Assembly: GCA_002790095.1 (NCBI GenBank)
Contig: PFUL01000024.1
Coordinates: 45 to 64,044, forward strand
Reading direction: 5' to 3'
DNA from: Elusimicrobia bacterium CG_4_9_14_3_um_filter_62_55
Lineage (GTDB): Bacteria; Elusimicrobiota; Elusimicrobia; UBA1565
DNA: 64,000 bases
Shown: piece by piece, positions 1 to 9,772 of the stretch
Layout: each line of letters starts with the position of its first letter
How positions within the stretch are numbered: position 1 is the stretch's first letter
Translations under genes and position numbers: made by a program
Notes under the pieces: model-generated
The model's input: only the letters and a program-made list of their open reading frames with translations
Database searches by the model: none
Told to the model about the DNA's origin: nothing

Positions 1-2
1 TT

Positions 3-395
3 CAAATTTTGGAGGTAAACGACCGCCGGGCTGATGCCTCCCGAAATCGTCTGCCCGGTCTTGAGCGTGTTGGCAACGGCAGCCGCGCCTTCCCGCGCCG
101 CCGTCTTCAACGGATGTTCCCGTTCAGACGGAGGCGCTTCCTTCTCGACCGAAGCCTCGTTCGAAGCGGGTTCGTTCCGCTTGGGAATTTCGACGACGGG
201 TTCCGGCTCTGGAAATTTCTCCGCGGTCTCGACCTCCGAAATAGGATCGATGCCGTCGAGCGCTTCGACTCCGTCGGCAAGCTCGGACTCCGCCGCCAGT
301 CGGTAGCGCTTCAACAACATCGGAAATGCGGCGATCGAGCCGATAAAGCCGAATATTCCTACATAAACCCAGACATCGAAGAGCATGTTGGTCAT
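3..395 (-). CDS. Hypothetical membrane-anchored protein (N-terminal TM helix then acidic/Pro-rich region); partial, runs off the left edge
   Basis: Not in the ORF track. My translation is MTNMLFDVWVYVGIFGFIGSIAAFPMLLKRYRLAAESELADG..., open to position 3. Start chosen 7 nt after a -10 box; an alternative in-frame ATG is at 416. Confidence 0.75.
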   Translation of the reverse strand, partial: MTNMLFDVWVYVGIFGFIGSIAAFPMLLKRYRLAAESELADGVEALDGIDPISEVETAEKFPEPEPVVEIPKRNEPASNEASVEKEAPPSEREHPLKTAAREGAAAVANTLKTGQTISGGISPAVVYLQNL

Positions 396-402
396 CGCGA
401 TG

Positions 403-431
403 AGTGTAGCCAACATTTTTTAGAGTGTCAA
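403..431 (-). promoter_or_regulatory. Sigma70-type promoter TTGACA-17-TACACT (leaderless gene)
   Basis: TTGACA at 431-426, 17-nt spacer, TACACT at 408-403, ATG at 395. Confidence 0.75.
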
Positions 432-592
432 CACGGAGCATATTAAGGATGCAGCCGGCGGGGCGAAAATCGAGGAGCATCCCACACGAAACCTTTAAAT
501 GCCTGGCACTTTAAGCCCTAGGGACCCGGGCTGGAGACATTGATCTACATCAATCCTCATATTTTTAAAGACTAAAGTCCGGCACTGTCCCA

Positions 593-621
593 TTGACCGA
601 CGGCGCCCGATTTGATACGAT
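593..621 (+). promoter_or_regulatory. Probable promoter of the PKS operon, TTGACC-17-(TG)TACGAT
   Basis: TTGACC 593-598, 17-nt spacer, TG at 613-614, TACGAT 616-621; implies a 5' UTR of about 115 nt. Confidence 0.6.
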
Positions 622-743
622 GAAGCAACGCATGGACAGCCTTGTCCGAATCTTCCGCACCCCACGCGAACCCCGTCAGGGATGTGTCGGCGTCGAATCC
701 GCCGCCGAATCCGTGTCCCTTTCCTAGAGGAAAACTCACTTTT

Positions 744-3700
744 ATGAGCCAAACGAAAAACATCGACCCGAACGAGCCGATCGCCGTCGTCGGACTCGGC
801 AGCGTCTTTCCCGGCGCCCCGAATACCCCGCGATTCTGGGAGAACGTCCTCAACAAGGTCGACTCGATCATCGAGGTCCCCAAGGACCGGTGGGACTGGA
901 AGCTCTACTACAGCGAAGATCGAAAGGCGGAGGACAAAACCTATTCGAAAATAGGGGGATTCATCACGGATTTCTCCTTCGATTCCCTGAAGATGCGAAT
1001 CCCGCCTCCGGTCGCCAGGCAGATGGACACCGTGCAGCAGCTCGCCGTGACCGCAACGGCCGAGGCCCTCAAGGACGCGGGCTACGACGGAAAAGACGTC
1101 GATCACTCCCGGACGGCCGTCATCTTCGGAAACGCGATGGGCGGTCCGAAGAAGGAAGCGTCGGATCTTCGCGTCTACACGGCGATGTACATCGACGAAC
1201 TGCGCAAGAGCAAGACGTTCCAGAAGCTTCCCCAACAACAGCAGGACGCCGTCGCCGTCGAGGTCGAAGGCGCCGTCAAGGCGAGTCTCATGGGCATCAA
1301 CGAGGACACGATGCCGGGAGAACTTTCGAACGTCATCGCCGGCCGCGTCGCGAACACCTTTAACTTGAACGGAACCAACTTTACCGTGGACGCGGCGTGC
1401 GCGGCCTCCCTCGGAGCGATTGCGCAGGCCGTGAACGGGCTGCGCTTTCGCCAGTTCGACATGGCCGTGACCGGCGGCGTCGATCAAATGATGGCGGCCC
1501 CCGCGTATGTGAAATTTTCCAAGATCGGCGCTCTTTCGGCCGGAGGATCCCGGCCGTTCGACGCGAAAGCCGACGGCTTCGTGATGGGCGAAGGCTGCGG
1601 CGTCATCGTCATGAAGCGTCTCTCGGACGCGCTCTCCGCGGGCGATAGGATTTACTGCCTGCTGCGCGGGATCGGGGCCTCGTCCGACGGCCGCGGGAAG
1701 GGAATCACCGCCCCGAACCCGAAAGGACAAAAACTCGCGATCGAACGCTCGTTTGAGGGGCTCAACTACGGACCGGCCGACGTCGGACTGCTGGAAGCTC
1801 ACGGAACCTCGACGAAGGTCGGCGATGCGGTCGAGGTTCAATGCGCGACGGAGCTCTTCGGTTCCGCGAAAACGAAATCCATCGCCCTCGGCTCGGTCAA
1901 ATCCCAGATCGGACACCTGAAAGCGGCCGCCGGCGCCGCCGGGCTGATCAAGGCCGCGCTCGCCCTGCATCACAAGACGCTGCCGCCGACGATCCATTTC
2001 GAAACCCCCAACCCGACGGTGGACTGGGAAACGAGTCCGTTTTTCGTCAACACCGAGGCGCGTCCCTGGGACGACGGACGCGTCCGCCGCGCGAACGTTT
2101 CCGCGTTCGGATTCGGCGGAACGAATTTTCACGTCGCGCTCGAGGAGTTCTGCGATGCGACCCGCTCCTGGACTCCCGGATTGACGCAGGCCGCGCAAGT
2201 GCTGCTCGACCGCGTCGAGGCTCCGGAGCTTCCGGCCTCGCTCGGTGCCGAAGCCTTCATGTTCTCCGGCCCCGACGAAAAATCCGTATTGAACCGAGTG
2301 CGCAAGTACGCCGCGAACGCGCCGAAGTCGGGACCGCTGACCGAGGCCGCCGCCGCGCTCAACGACGCCGGGCACGAGGAATACCGCCTGACGATCGCGG
2401 CCGAGTCCGCTCAAAAGCTCGCTGAGAAAATCCAATTCGCGCTCGAAAAGGCGACGGACGGCGCGTGGGAAAAACCCCCGATTTCCTTCAAGCCCAAGAG
2501 CATCCATCTGGGGAAAAAGCTCGCGAAGGATCCGAAGGTCGCGTTCGTCTTCCCCGGCCAGGGCTCGCAGTACGTCGACATGCTCAAGGACCTGCGCTCC
2601 AAGTATAAGGTCGTCGAGGAAACCTTCGCGGAAGCCGACCGGATCATGACGGGAATTATCGGCGAGGGGCTCTCGGACATCCTCTTCACGAAAGGCGGGG
2701 AAAGCGAGGCGCGCCTCAAGGAAATGCAGGAGCGCATCAAGCAAACGGAGATCACGCAGCCCGCGGTATTGACCGCCGATGTCGCGATCCTGCGTCTCCT
2801 GCGCCGGTTCGGGCTAGAGCCGGACGTCGTCGCCGGCCACAGCCTGGGTGAATACGGCGCGCTCGTCGCCGCCGACGTGCTGTCCTTCGAGGACGCCCTG
2901 CTCGCGGTGAGCGCGCGCGGAAAGGAGATGGCCGACGTGGACGTTCCCGACAATGGAAAAATGGCCTCGGTCGCCGGTCCCGTTGAAAAGGTTCAGGCGA
3001 TTCTCGATCAGATCGACGGCTACGTGATCGCCGCCAACAAGAACTGCCCGATCCAGACCGTGATCGCCGGCGCCTCCGAAGCCGTCGAAGAAGCCATCCG
3101 CCGTTTCCAGGCGGCGGGAATACAAGCCGTCCCGATTGATGTCTCGCACGCGTTCCATTCCGAGATCATCGCCCCCGGCGCCGTCCCCTATGGGAAGTTC
3201 CTCAAGCGAATCTCTCCGAAGGCCCCGAAAATCCCCGTCTCATCGAACGTGACCGGGGGATACTACCCCGCCGACCCCGACGCGGTCCGGGAATTGATGG
3301 TCCGGCAAATCTCTTCTTCGGTCGAGTGGATCAAACAGGTCGAACGTATGTACGACGACGGCGTGCGTCTTTTCCTCGAGTGCGGGCCGAAGCGCGCGCT
3401 GACCGCGTTCATCACCGCCACGCTCGAAAATAAAAAGGATGTGGTGGTCTGCTCTTCCAACCATCCGAAGAAGGGGGGGGTGCACGAGTTCAACGACATG
3501 CTCGCCAAACTCACCGCCGCGGGCATCGAAGTAGACTACTCGGTGACGAAACTCGACTCCGCGAACTGCGTCTACACCGACGGCTACAAGGCGTGGCTTT
3601 CGGCGCAAAATTCCCCGAAGCCCGTTTTCCCCGCGACGACGCCGGTCACCGCCGGCGCGGTCGCGGCCGATGCCGCGGCGCTTCTCGACAAGTGGGACCT

Positions 3701-6700
3701 CTTCCTGGGACCCGTGGTCGTCAGCGGACTCGGAGCGGGAGCTCCCGGATCCTGGGACCGGGTGTTCCGCGAAACCGCGATGGACGACATCCTCGATGGA
3801 AAGAACCTGATCGAACCTGTTTCCGAACAAACGCGCCGGAACATCGTTGAGAAAAACCTCGAAAAGGTGAACAAGAGCGAGTCCGGCAATCACACGATCA
3901 CGCGCTTGGAATCCATCGAGGAAGTGCTGCGCCTCGCAGGTCAGGCCGGTGAGTTCGACATGAGCGTGGAATTCGGCGTTCGCGGCTCGATCTCGAGCTT
4001 GATGGACGCAACGGCCAAGCTGGGACTGGCCGCCTCGATTCTGGCGCTGAAGGACGCGGGAATCCCGCTCGTTCGCCATTACAAGAAAGCGACGACCGGA
4101 AAAATGATTCCGACGAGTTGGGGTCTGCCCTTACCGCTGCAGGCGGAAACCGGCGTCATCATGGCCTCCGCGTTCCCCGGACTCGACAGCCTGATCGAGG
4201 ACATCTCGAACTTCTTCGCGGACAAGTACGGCGCGAAGCCCGAACGCGAGGTCTGGAAGCTCTACGATTCCTTGATCGGAGCGCTGAAGAACGAAAACGA
4301 CCGCAAGGCCGTGACCGATTGGTACGCGGAGTACAAGGCGAAGAACCCCGCCGCCGGCTCAAAGGACGACGCCTATAAGTTCAGTCGGTCCTTCCTATTC
4401 CGCATACTTTCGCTCGGACACGCCCAGACCGCGCAGTTCCTCGGCGCGATGGGCCCCTGCACTCAGGTCAACGCCGCGTGCGCCTCGACGACTCAGGCCG
4501 TCGGAATCGCGGAGGATTGGATCCGCACCGGCCGCTGCAAGCGCGTCATCGTCATGTCGGCCGACGACGTCACCAGCCCGAACCTGCTGCACTGGCTCGG
4601 CACGGGCTTTCTCGCCTCCGGCGCCGCCAGCACGCACAACGTCGTCTCGGAAGCCGCGCTTCCATTCGACCGGCGCCGCAGCGGAATGATCATCGGCATG
4701 GGCGCCTCCGCGCTCGTCGTCGAAAACGGCGACAAAGCCGCCGAACGCGGCGTGACCCCGCTCGCCCAGCTCTTGGCCGCGCAATACGAAAACAGCGCCT
4801 ACCACGTCACGAGACTCAACACCCGACACGTCTGCGAGACCATGGACAAACTGATGCGCAAGGTCGAGAAGCGCTACGGCTACGACCGCTCGAAGGTCGC
4901 GGGCAAAACGCTGTTCATGTCGCACGAAACCTATACGCCGGCCCAGGGGGGAAGCTCGGCGGCCGAGGTCGAAGCGCTGAAGACGACCTTCGGCAGCCGC
5001 GTCGCCGACGTCGTCGTCACCAACACGAAGGGATTCACCGGCCATGCGATGGGCGCGAGCCTCGAAGACGTCATCGCGATCCGAGCGATGAACGTCGGGA
5101 AACTTCCCCCGATCGCGAATTACAAGGAACCCGACCCGGAACTCGCGGGCATCACCCTGTCCAAGGGCGGCGCGTACGACTGCGAGTTTTCGCTGCGCCT
5201 CGCAGCCGGCTTCGGCTCTCAGATCGCGATGACCTTCATGCGGCGGCTGTGGCATGTCTCCCAACCGCGCATTCCCGACTCGCGCCGCTACGACGGTTGG
5301 CTCGCGGCCGTGTCCGGCATCGACGCGCCGAAGCTCGAAGTGGTCAAGAACACGCTGCGCCTCGTAGACGCCGGCGCAGACGCCGCGAAGAAGGCGCTGC
5401 AGCGGACGGCGAGCCCGTCGATCGCGCCGAAAGCCGCGTCCGCCCCATTGTCGGTCGTTCCAAAGAAGGCGAAGCCTGCCTCGCCGGCTCCCGCATCCAA
5501 ACTCGACGAAGCCGCCGTGGAGAAGGAGATCGTCGCCTTGGTCGGCGAAAAAGTCGGCTACCCGGCCGAGATGCTGGAACTCGACCTCGACATGGAAGCG
5601 GATTTGGGCATCGACACGGTCAAGCAGGCGGAACTCATCGGCATCATCCGCGACAAGTATTCGATCCCGGCGGCGGAAAACCTTTCGTTGAAGGACTATC
5701 CGACGCTGCGCCATGTGATCGGGTTCGTAATGGCGGGGGGAGGAAAATCAGAAGCGGCCCCGACGACGACCCCCTCGGTCGAGTCCCCCGAGCCTCTTCA
5801 GCCTTCGGCTCCCCCGCAGCCCGCTCCCGCGTCCGACAAGGACGAAGCGGTGATCACGAAAGAAATCGTGACCTTGGTCAGCGAGAAAGTCGGGTATCCG
5901 GAAGAGATGCTGGAACTCGATCTCGACATGGAAGCGGATTTGGGCATCGACACGGTCAAGCAAGCGGAACTCATCGGCATCATCCGCGACAAGTATTCGA
6001 TCCCGGCGGCGGAAAACCTTTCATTGAAGGACTACCCGACGCTGCGCCATGTGATCGGGTTCGTAATGGCGGGTGGGGGGAAATCGGATGCGGCTCCTAC
6101 GACGACCGCTTCGGTCCAGTCCCCTGAACCCCTTGAGCCTTCGGCTCCCCTGCGGCCTACGGCCGCGGCGCCTGATAGAGACGAAGCCGAGTTGACGAAG
6201 GAGATCACGGCTCTCGTGAGCGAGAAGGTGGGGTATCCGGAGGATATGCTGGAACTCGACCTCGACATGGAAGCGGATCTCGGCATCGACACCGTCAAAC
6301 AGGCCGAACTGATCGGCATATTGCGTGAGAAGTACTCGATCGCGAAGAACGAGAATCTATCCTTGAAGGACTATCCTACGCTGCGGCACGTGATCGGTTT
6401 TGTCCTGTCCGCCGCGCCGGAGACCGCGCCGGAAGCCGCGCCGCAAACGGCGCCTTCCACCGCCGAGGCCGTCGAAGAAGCCCCCCGGTTTGGAACCTGG
6501 GATCTCCAGGCATACGAGAGCCCGCTTTCCTGCCGACCGCGCGCGCTGAACGCGGAAACGGCCGTGGTGCTCCTGGTCGCCGATCCGGAAACCGCCGAAC
6601 CGTTCGCCAAGGCCGTCGAAAAGGCCGGCGGCGATCCGGTGCTCGTCAAAGCCTCCGATTGGGAGAGCGTCGAGAAGGCCGAGGCGGCTCTTCGCCGCGC

Positions 6701-9002
6701 GTTGAAGGACCGCAAGGCCGGCGCGCTCGTCGATCTCACGACGATCGAGATGACGGCCGACGAGTTCGAAAAATGGACCGCGAAGAGTTTTGATAAGGCC
6801 TACCGACACACGGCGAAGGCTGTTTTCCTCGCGGCCAAGGTTCTGCAAAAAGACCTGAACGCCGCCGGGGACTCCGCCTGGATCGCCGCGGTAACCCGGC
6901 TCGGCGGAACGCACGCGGTCGGCGCGAAGAATTTCAATCCGATCGGCGGCGTCGCGACCGGGCTGGTCAAAGCGCTCGACCGGGAATTCGAACACGCCCG
7001 AGTGAAGGCCGTCGACTTCGACGGCGAGGCGGCCCCGGCGTTCATGATCGAGTCGCTGCTCCGGGAGCTCGCGTCGGAGGACCCGCATCGTGAAATCGGC
7101 TACGCGGGAAATACCCGCAGCCTGCTCCGCTTGGTCCCGAGCAAAGCGGAAACCCTCGACACCGTGAAATTCGGACACAAGCACGTCACGCTGATCACGG
7201 GCGGCGGACAAGGTCTCGGCGCGGAACTCGCGAAAAAAATCGCGGCGGATCACAAATCCCCGCTGATTCTGCTCGGCCGCACGTCCCTCGCCAAGGAAGC
7301 GACGGCGTGGGCGCGAATGTCGGACGAAGAATTGGCGGCAATGAAGGCCGAGATGTGGGCGAAACTCAAGGCGGAGGCCAAGAAGGACAAGAAGAAGAAA
7401 GCCACGCCGGCGATTCTTGAACAGGAATTCTCCAAGATCGCCAAAGGGATCGCCCTCCAGAAGACCATCGAGGCGCTGATTCTGCTCGGCTCCAAGGTGG
7501 ACTACTTCAGCGTCGACATGGCCGACGGACCCGCCGTCACGAAAGCCGTCAAGCAGGCGCTCGCGAAGTTCGGGACCATCGACGTGGTCTTCCACGCCGC
7601 CGGACTGGAGGAGAGCAAACTTCTCGCGGACAAGAAACCCGAGAACTTCGACCGCGTCTTCCGCGCGAAGGCGAACGGAGCGTTTCATCTGATCAAGGCG
7701 CTTCCGCCCCGTCGCGGCCAGCGCTGGGCGTTCTTCTCGTCGGTGGTCGGACGATTCGGGAACCTGGGACAGACCGATTACGCCGCGTGCAGCGATTTTC
7801 TCTCGAAACTCGCCGCACGCATCAACGCCGACGGCGGTTCCGCGGTGACCTACGATCTGACCGCATTCTCCGACATCGGAATGGCGACCCGAGGAAGCGT
7901 CGAACAATTCCTGAAGTCGCAGGGCGTGGATTTCATGCCCCCGGCGACCGGCGTCTCCTTGATGTTCGAGACCATGAAGAAAAACACCCGCACACACGAG
8001 GTGCTCGTCGCCGGCGCGCTCGGGAAACTCGACGAAGAGGCTTTGATCGAAACGGCCCGAAGCCCGAAAAAGACAAGCGGCAGCGTTCTCGCGGGCCGCT
8101 CCGAAACGGAAACGCCGTCCTCCGCCGCGATGAAGCCGCCCAAGCGGCTCGGCGCGCTCCCGGAAGGGAGGCCGTTGTTCGATGAACTGGTTTCCAGCAA
8201 CGGCTCGGGGCACGTCACGTCGAAGGAGTTCAGTCTCGAATCCGACCCCTGGCTGGTCGACCATGCCGTCGGCGGAACCCCGTGGGTCGCGGGCGTAATG
8301 GGCTTGGAACTCTTCGCGGAAACCGCGGCAAAATTGCTCGGGGAGGTTCCCGCCGCCTTTGAGGACGTGAAATTCCAACTCCCGATCAAGCTTTTGCGCA
8401 AACGTCCGATCAAGGTTCGCGCCGTGGCCCAAACCGAGGGCTCCGCGACGACGCTGCGCATCGAGTCGGACTTCATCTCTCCACAGGGGATCAAGCTCGG
8501 GGCACCGCGCACACACTTCACCGGACGGGTCCTTTCGGATCCCGCTGCAGGCTGGAACGGCGTGCCGGCTCCACTCGACTCCGCCCAGGCGGTCGCCGTG
8601 GACTCCGCGGTCATTTACGAGGCTTATTTTCATGGCCCGCGCTTCCAGGTACTCGAGGGAATCACGGAGATCGCCGAGAACGGCCTCACCGCCGTCTATA
8701 AACGAAACCTCGAACTTTGGGACGCGAACCCGCGCCGCCTCGCATTTCAGCCGATGCTCATCGAGGCCGCCTTCCAGGCTTGCGGCTACCGGGATCTTCA
8801 CTTCACGAAGAGGATGACGCTCCCCGACTCGATCGGAAAAGTGCGCGTGTTCAAGACCGAGACGCCGCCGCAGCGGCTCGAGGTTCGCGTCCGCTTCAAG
8901 GGCACCGAGGGGGACAAATCGGTATACGACGCCGCGGTCGTCGACAAGGACGGAACCGTCTGGATCGCGCTCGAAGACTACCGGATGATCCGGATTTCCT
9001 AA
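744..9002 (+). CDS. Iterative type I PKS/FAS, PfaA-like secondary lipid synthase: KS-AT-KS-ACP-ACP-ACP-KR-DH
   Basis: KS1: DAACAAS, EAHGTST, IGHLKAAAG. AT: FPGQGSQ, GHSLG, HAFH. KS2: NAACAST, SHETYT, TGHAMGAS. Three ACP repeats (DLDMEADLGIDTVKQAE). KR: TGGGQGLG, GQTDYAAC. DH: DHAVGGTP, YFHGPRFQ, IEAAFQ. ATG 744 follows GAGG, so the TTG at 642 is probably too early. Confidence 0.93.
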   Translation: MSQTKNIDPNEPIAVVGLGSVFPGAPNTPRFWENVLNKVDSIIEVPKDRWDWKLYYSEDRKAEDKTYSKIGGFITDFSFDSLKMRIPPPVARQMDTVQQLAVTATAEALKDAGYDGKDVDHSRTAVIFGNAMGGPKKEASDLRVYTAMYIDELRKSKTFQKLPQQQQDAVAVEVEGAVKASLMGINEDTMPGELSNVIAGRVANTFNLNGTNFTVDAACAASLGAIAQAVNGLRFRQFDMAVTGGVDQMMAAPAYVKFSKIGALSAGGSRPFDAKADGFVMGEGCGVIVMKRLSDALSAGDRIYCLLRGIGASSDGRGKGITAPNPKGQKLAIERSFEGLNYGPADVGLLEAHGTSTKVGDAVEVQCATELFGSAKTKSIALGSVKSQIGHLKAAAGAAGLIKAALALHHKTLPPTIHFETPNPTVDWETSPFFVNTEARPWDDGRVRRANVSAFGFGGTNFHVALEEFCDATRSWTPGLTQAAQVLLDRVEAPELPASLGAEAFMFSGPDEKSVLNRVRKYAANAPKSGPLTEAAAALNDAGHEEYRLTIAAESAQKLAEKIQFALEKATDGAWEKPPISFKPKSIHLGKKLAKDPKVAFVFPGQGSQYVDMLKDLRSKYKVVEETFAEADRIMTGIIGEGLSDILFTKGGESEARLKEMQERIKQTEITQPAVLTADVAILRLLRRFGLEPDVVAGHSLGEYGALVAADVLSFEDALLAVSARGKEMADVDVPDNGKMASVAGPVEKVQAILDQIDGYVIAANKNCPIQTVIAGASEAVEEAIRRFQAAGIQAVPIDVSHAFHSEIIAPGAVPYGKFLKRISPKAPKIPVSSNVTGGYYPADPDAVRELMVRQISSSVEWIKQVERMYDDGVRLFLECGPKRALTAFITATLENKKDVVVCSSNHPKKGGVHEFNDMLAKLTAAGIEVDYSVTKLDSANCVYTDGYKAWLSAQNSPKPVFPATTPVTAGAVAADAAALLDKWDLFLGPVVVSGLGAGAPGSWDRVFRETAMDDILDGKNLIEPVSEQTRRNIVEKNLEKVNKSESGNHTITRLESIEEVLRLAGQAGEFDMSVEFGVRGSISSLMDATAKLGLAASILALKDAGIPLVRHYKKATTGKMIPTSWGLPLPLQAETGVIMASAFPGLDSLIEDISNFFADKYGAKPEREVWKLYDSLIGALKNENDRKAVTDWYAEYKAKNPAAGSKDDAYKFSRSFLFRILSLGHAQTAQFLGAMGPCTQVNAACASTTQAVGIAEDWIRTGRCKRVIVMSADDVTSPNLLHWLGTGFLASGAASTHNVVSEAALPFDRRRSGMIIGMGASALVVENGDKAAERGVTPLAQLLAAQYENSAYHVTRLNTRHVCETMDKLMRKVEKRYGYDRSKVAGKTLFMSHETYTPAQGGSSAAEVEALKTTFGSRVADVVVTNTKGFTGHAMGASLEDVIAIRAMNVGKLPPIANYKEPDPELAGITLSKGGAYDCEFSLRLAAGFGSQIAMTFMRRLWHVSQPRIPDSRRYDGWLAAVSGIDAPKLEVVKNTLRLVDAGADAAKKALQRTASPSIAPKAASAPLSVVPKKAKPASPAPASKLDEAAVEKEIVALVGEKVGYPAEMLELDLDMEADLGIDTVKQAELIGIIRDKYSIPAAENLSLKDYPTLRHVIGFVMAGGGKSEAAPTTTPSVESPEPLQPSAPPQPAPASDKDEAVITKEIVTLVSEKVGYPEEMLELDLDMEADLGIDTVKQAELIGIIRDKYSIPAAENLSLKDYPTLRHVIGFVMAGGGKSDAAPTTTASVQSPEPLEPSAPLRPTAAAPDRDEAELTKEITALVSEKVGYPEDMLELDLDMEADLGIDTVKQAELIGILREKYSIAKNENLSLKDYPTLRHVIGFVLSAAPETAPEAAPQTAPSTAEAVEEAPRFGTWDLQAYESPLSCRPRALNAETAVVLLVADPETAEPFAKAVEKAGGDPVLVKASDWESVEKAEAALRRALKDRKAGALVDLTTIEMTADEFEKWTAKSFDKAYRHTAKAVFLAAKVLQKDLNAAGDSAWIAAVTRLGGTHAVGAKNFNPIGGVATGLVKALDREFEHARVKAVDFDGEAAPAFMIESLLRELASEDPHREIGYAGNTRSLLRLVPSKAETLDTVKFGHKHVTLITGGGQGLGAELAKKIAADHKSPLILLGRTSLAKEATAWARMSDEELAAMKAEMWAKLKAEAKKDKKKKATPAILEQEFSKIAKGIALQKTIEALILLGSKVDYFSVDMADGPAVTKAVKQALAKFGTIDVVFHAAGLEESKLLADKKPENFDRVFRAKANGAFHLIKALPPRRGQRWAFFSSVVGRFGNLGQTDYAACSDFLSKLAARINADGGSAVTYDLTAFSDIGMATRGSVEQFLKSQGVDFMPPATGVSLMFETMKKNTRTHEVLVAGALGKLDEEALIETARSPKKTSGSVLAGRSETETPSSAAMKPPKRLGALPEGRPLFDELVSSNGSGHVTSKEFSLESDPWLVDHAVGGTPWVAGVMGLELFAETAAKLLGEVPAAFEDVKFQLPIKLLRKRPIKVRAVAQTEGSATTLRIESDFISPQGIKLGAPRTHFTGRVLSDPAAGWNGVPAPLDSAQAVAVDSAVIYEAYFHGPRFQVLEGITEIAENGLTAVYKRNLELWDANPRRLAFQPMLIEAAFQACGYRDLHFTKRMTLPDSIGKVRVFKTETPPQRLEVRVRFKGTEGDKSVYDAAVVDKDGTVWIALEDYRMIRIS
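5500..6410 (+). repeat. Three tandem ACP-coding repeats (periods 336 and 339 nt) with Pro/Ala/Ser linkers
   Basis: Near-identical DNA around ...GGCATCGACACGGTCAAGCA...; the DT Thr codons are at 5616, 5952 and 6291. Confidence 0.9.
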
Positions 9003-9772
9003 TGGCGGCGACCGCAATGCTCGAAAGCTCTCAGCCGTTGACCGACGACTTCGAGAAACCGTTTCGCTTCGAAGCCGTCGACGCGACCGAGACCGAGCCT
9101 GTCGCAAAGCGCCTCGAAGCCGAAGACGCGACGCCCGAATCGGTCGCCGTGCTCGGTCCTGGGGAATTCGAGAAGGGACGGACGCTGAAGATCCCAAAGC
9201 GCCGCCGCGAGTGGCTCGCGGCACGGCTCGCCGCCAAGCGCCTGCTCGGCTGGCACCTGCAGCAGGAAGGAGTCTATTTGAGGCCGAACCAGATCGAGAT
9301 TCTTAACCGCGAAGACGGCTCGCCGCGCGTCCTCCTCGAAGGACGAAGAGACTACGATACCGTCTCACTCTCGCTGTCGCACTCCCGCGGAACGGGCGTC
9401 GCCGCGATCGCCCCGCCGGGACTCCGGGTCGGAGTGGATCTCGAGGCGATCGAACCCCGTGCGGCGTCGTTTCTCTCCGTGATGGCCCACGACGAGGAGT
9501 GGGGCGATTGGATGGATCACGATTTATCCGAACAGACGCGCCTCTGGACGCTCAAGGAGGCCGTCTCGAAACTCCTCCTCACCGGATTTACGGTCGGCTT
9601 TCACGACGTTCGCTTCCCGCTGCACGGCGAAACGCGCCGACTCTCGCTTCACAACAAGGCGCTTGAAACCTACGAACGCCTCGGATCCCCGATTATCCAT
9701 TTCGATTCCTTCGTCCGGCAGGACGAAGTCCTGAGCATCGCCTACACGACAGGAGATTCCGTTCATGGCTGA
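9002..9772 (+). CDS. 4'-phosphopantetheinyl transferase (Sfp/EntD-like)
   Basis: RRREWLAARLAAK, LSLSHS, GVDLE and WTLKEAVSK motifs; ATG overlaps the PKS stop (TAATG). Confidence 0.88.
   Translation: MAATAMLESSQPLTDDFEKPFRFEAVDATETEPVAKRLEAEDATPESVAVLGPGEFEKGRTLKIPKRRREWLAARLAAKRLLGWHLQQEGVYLRPNQIEILNREDGSPRVLLEGRRDYDTVSLSLSHSRGTGVAAIAPPGLRVGVDLEAIEPRAASFLSVMAHDEEWGDWMDHDLSEQTRLWTLKEAVSKLLLTGFTVGFHDVRFPLHGETRRLSLHNKALETYERLGSPIIHFDSFVRQDEVLSIAYTTGDSVHG

Noticed and set aside
5500-6410. Repeat-spacer-like pattern as a possible CRISPR array
   Set aside because: Repeats are about 230 nt, in frame and encode ACP domains; no cas genes in the window
495-9224. Long minus-strand ORFs (495-2744, 4395-5714, 6357-9224)
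   Set aside because: Antisense shadows of the PKS, expected with GC-rich codon usage; no motifs
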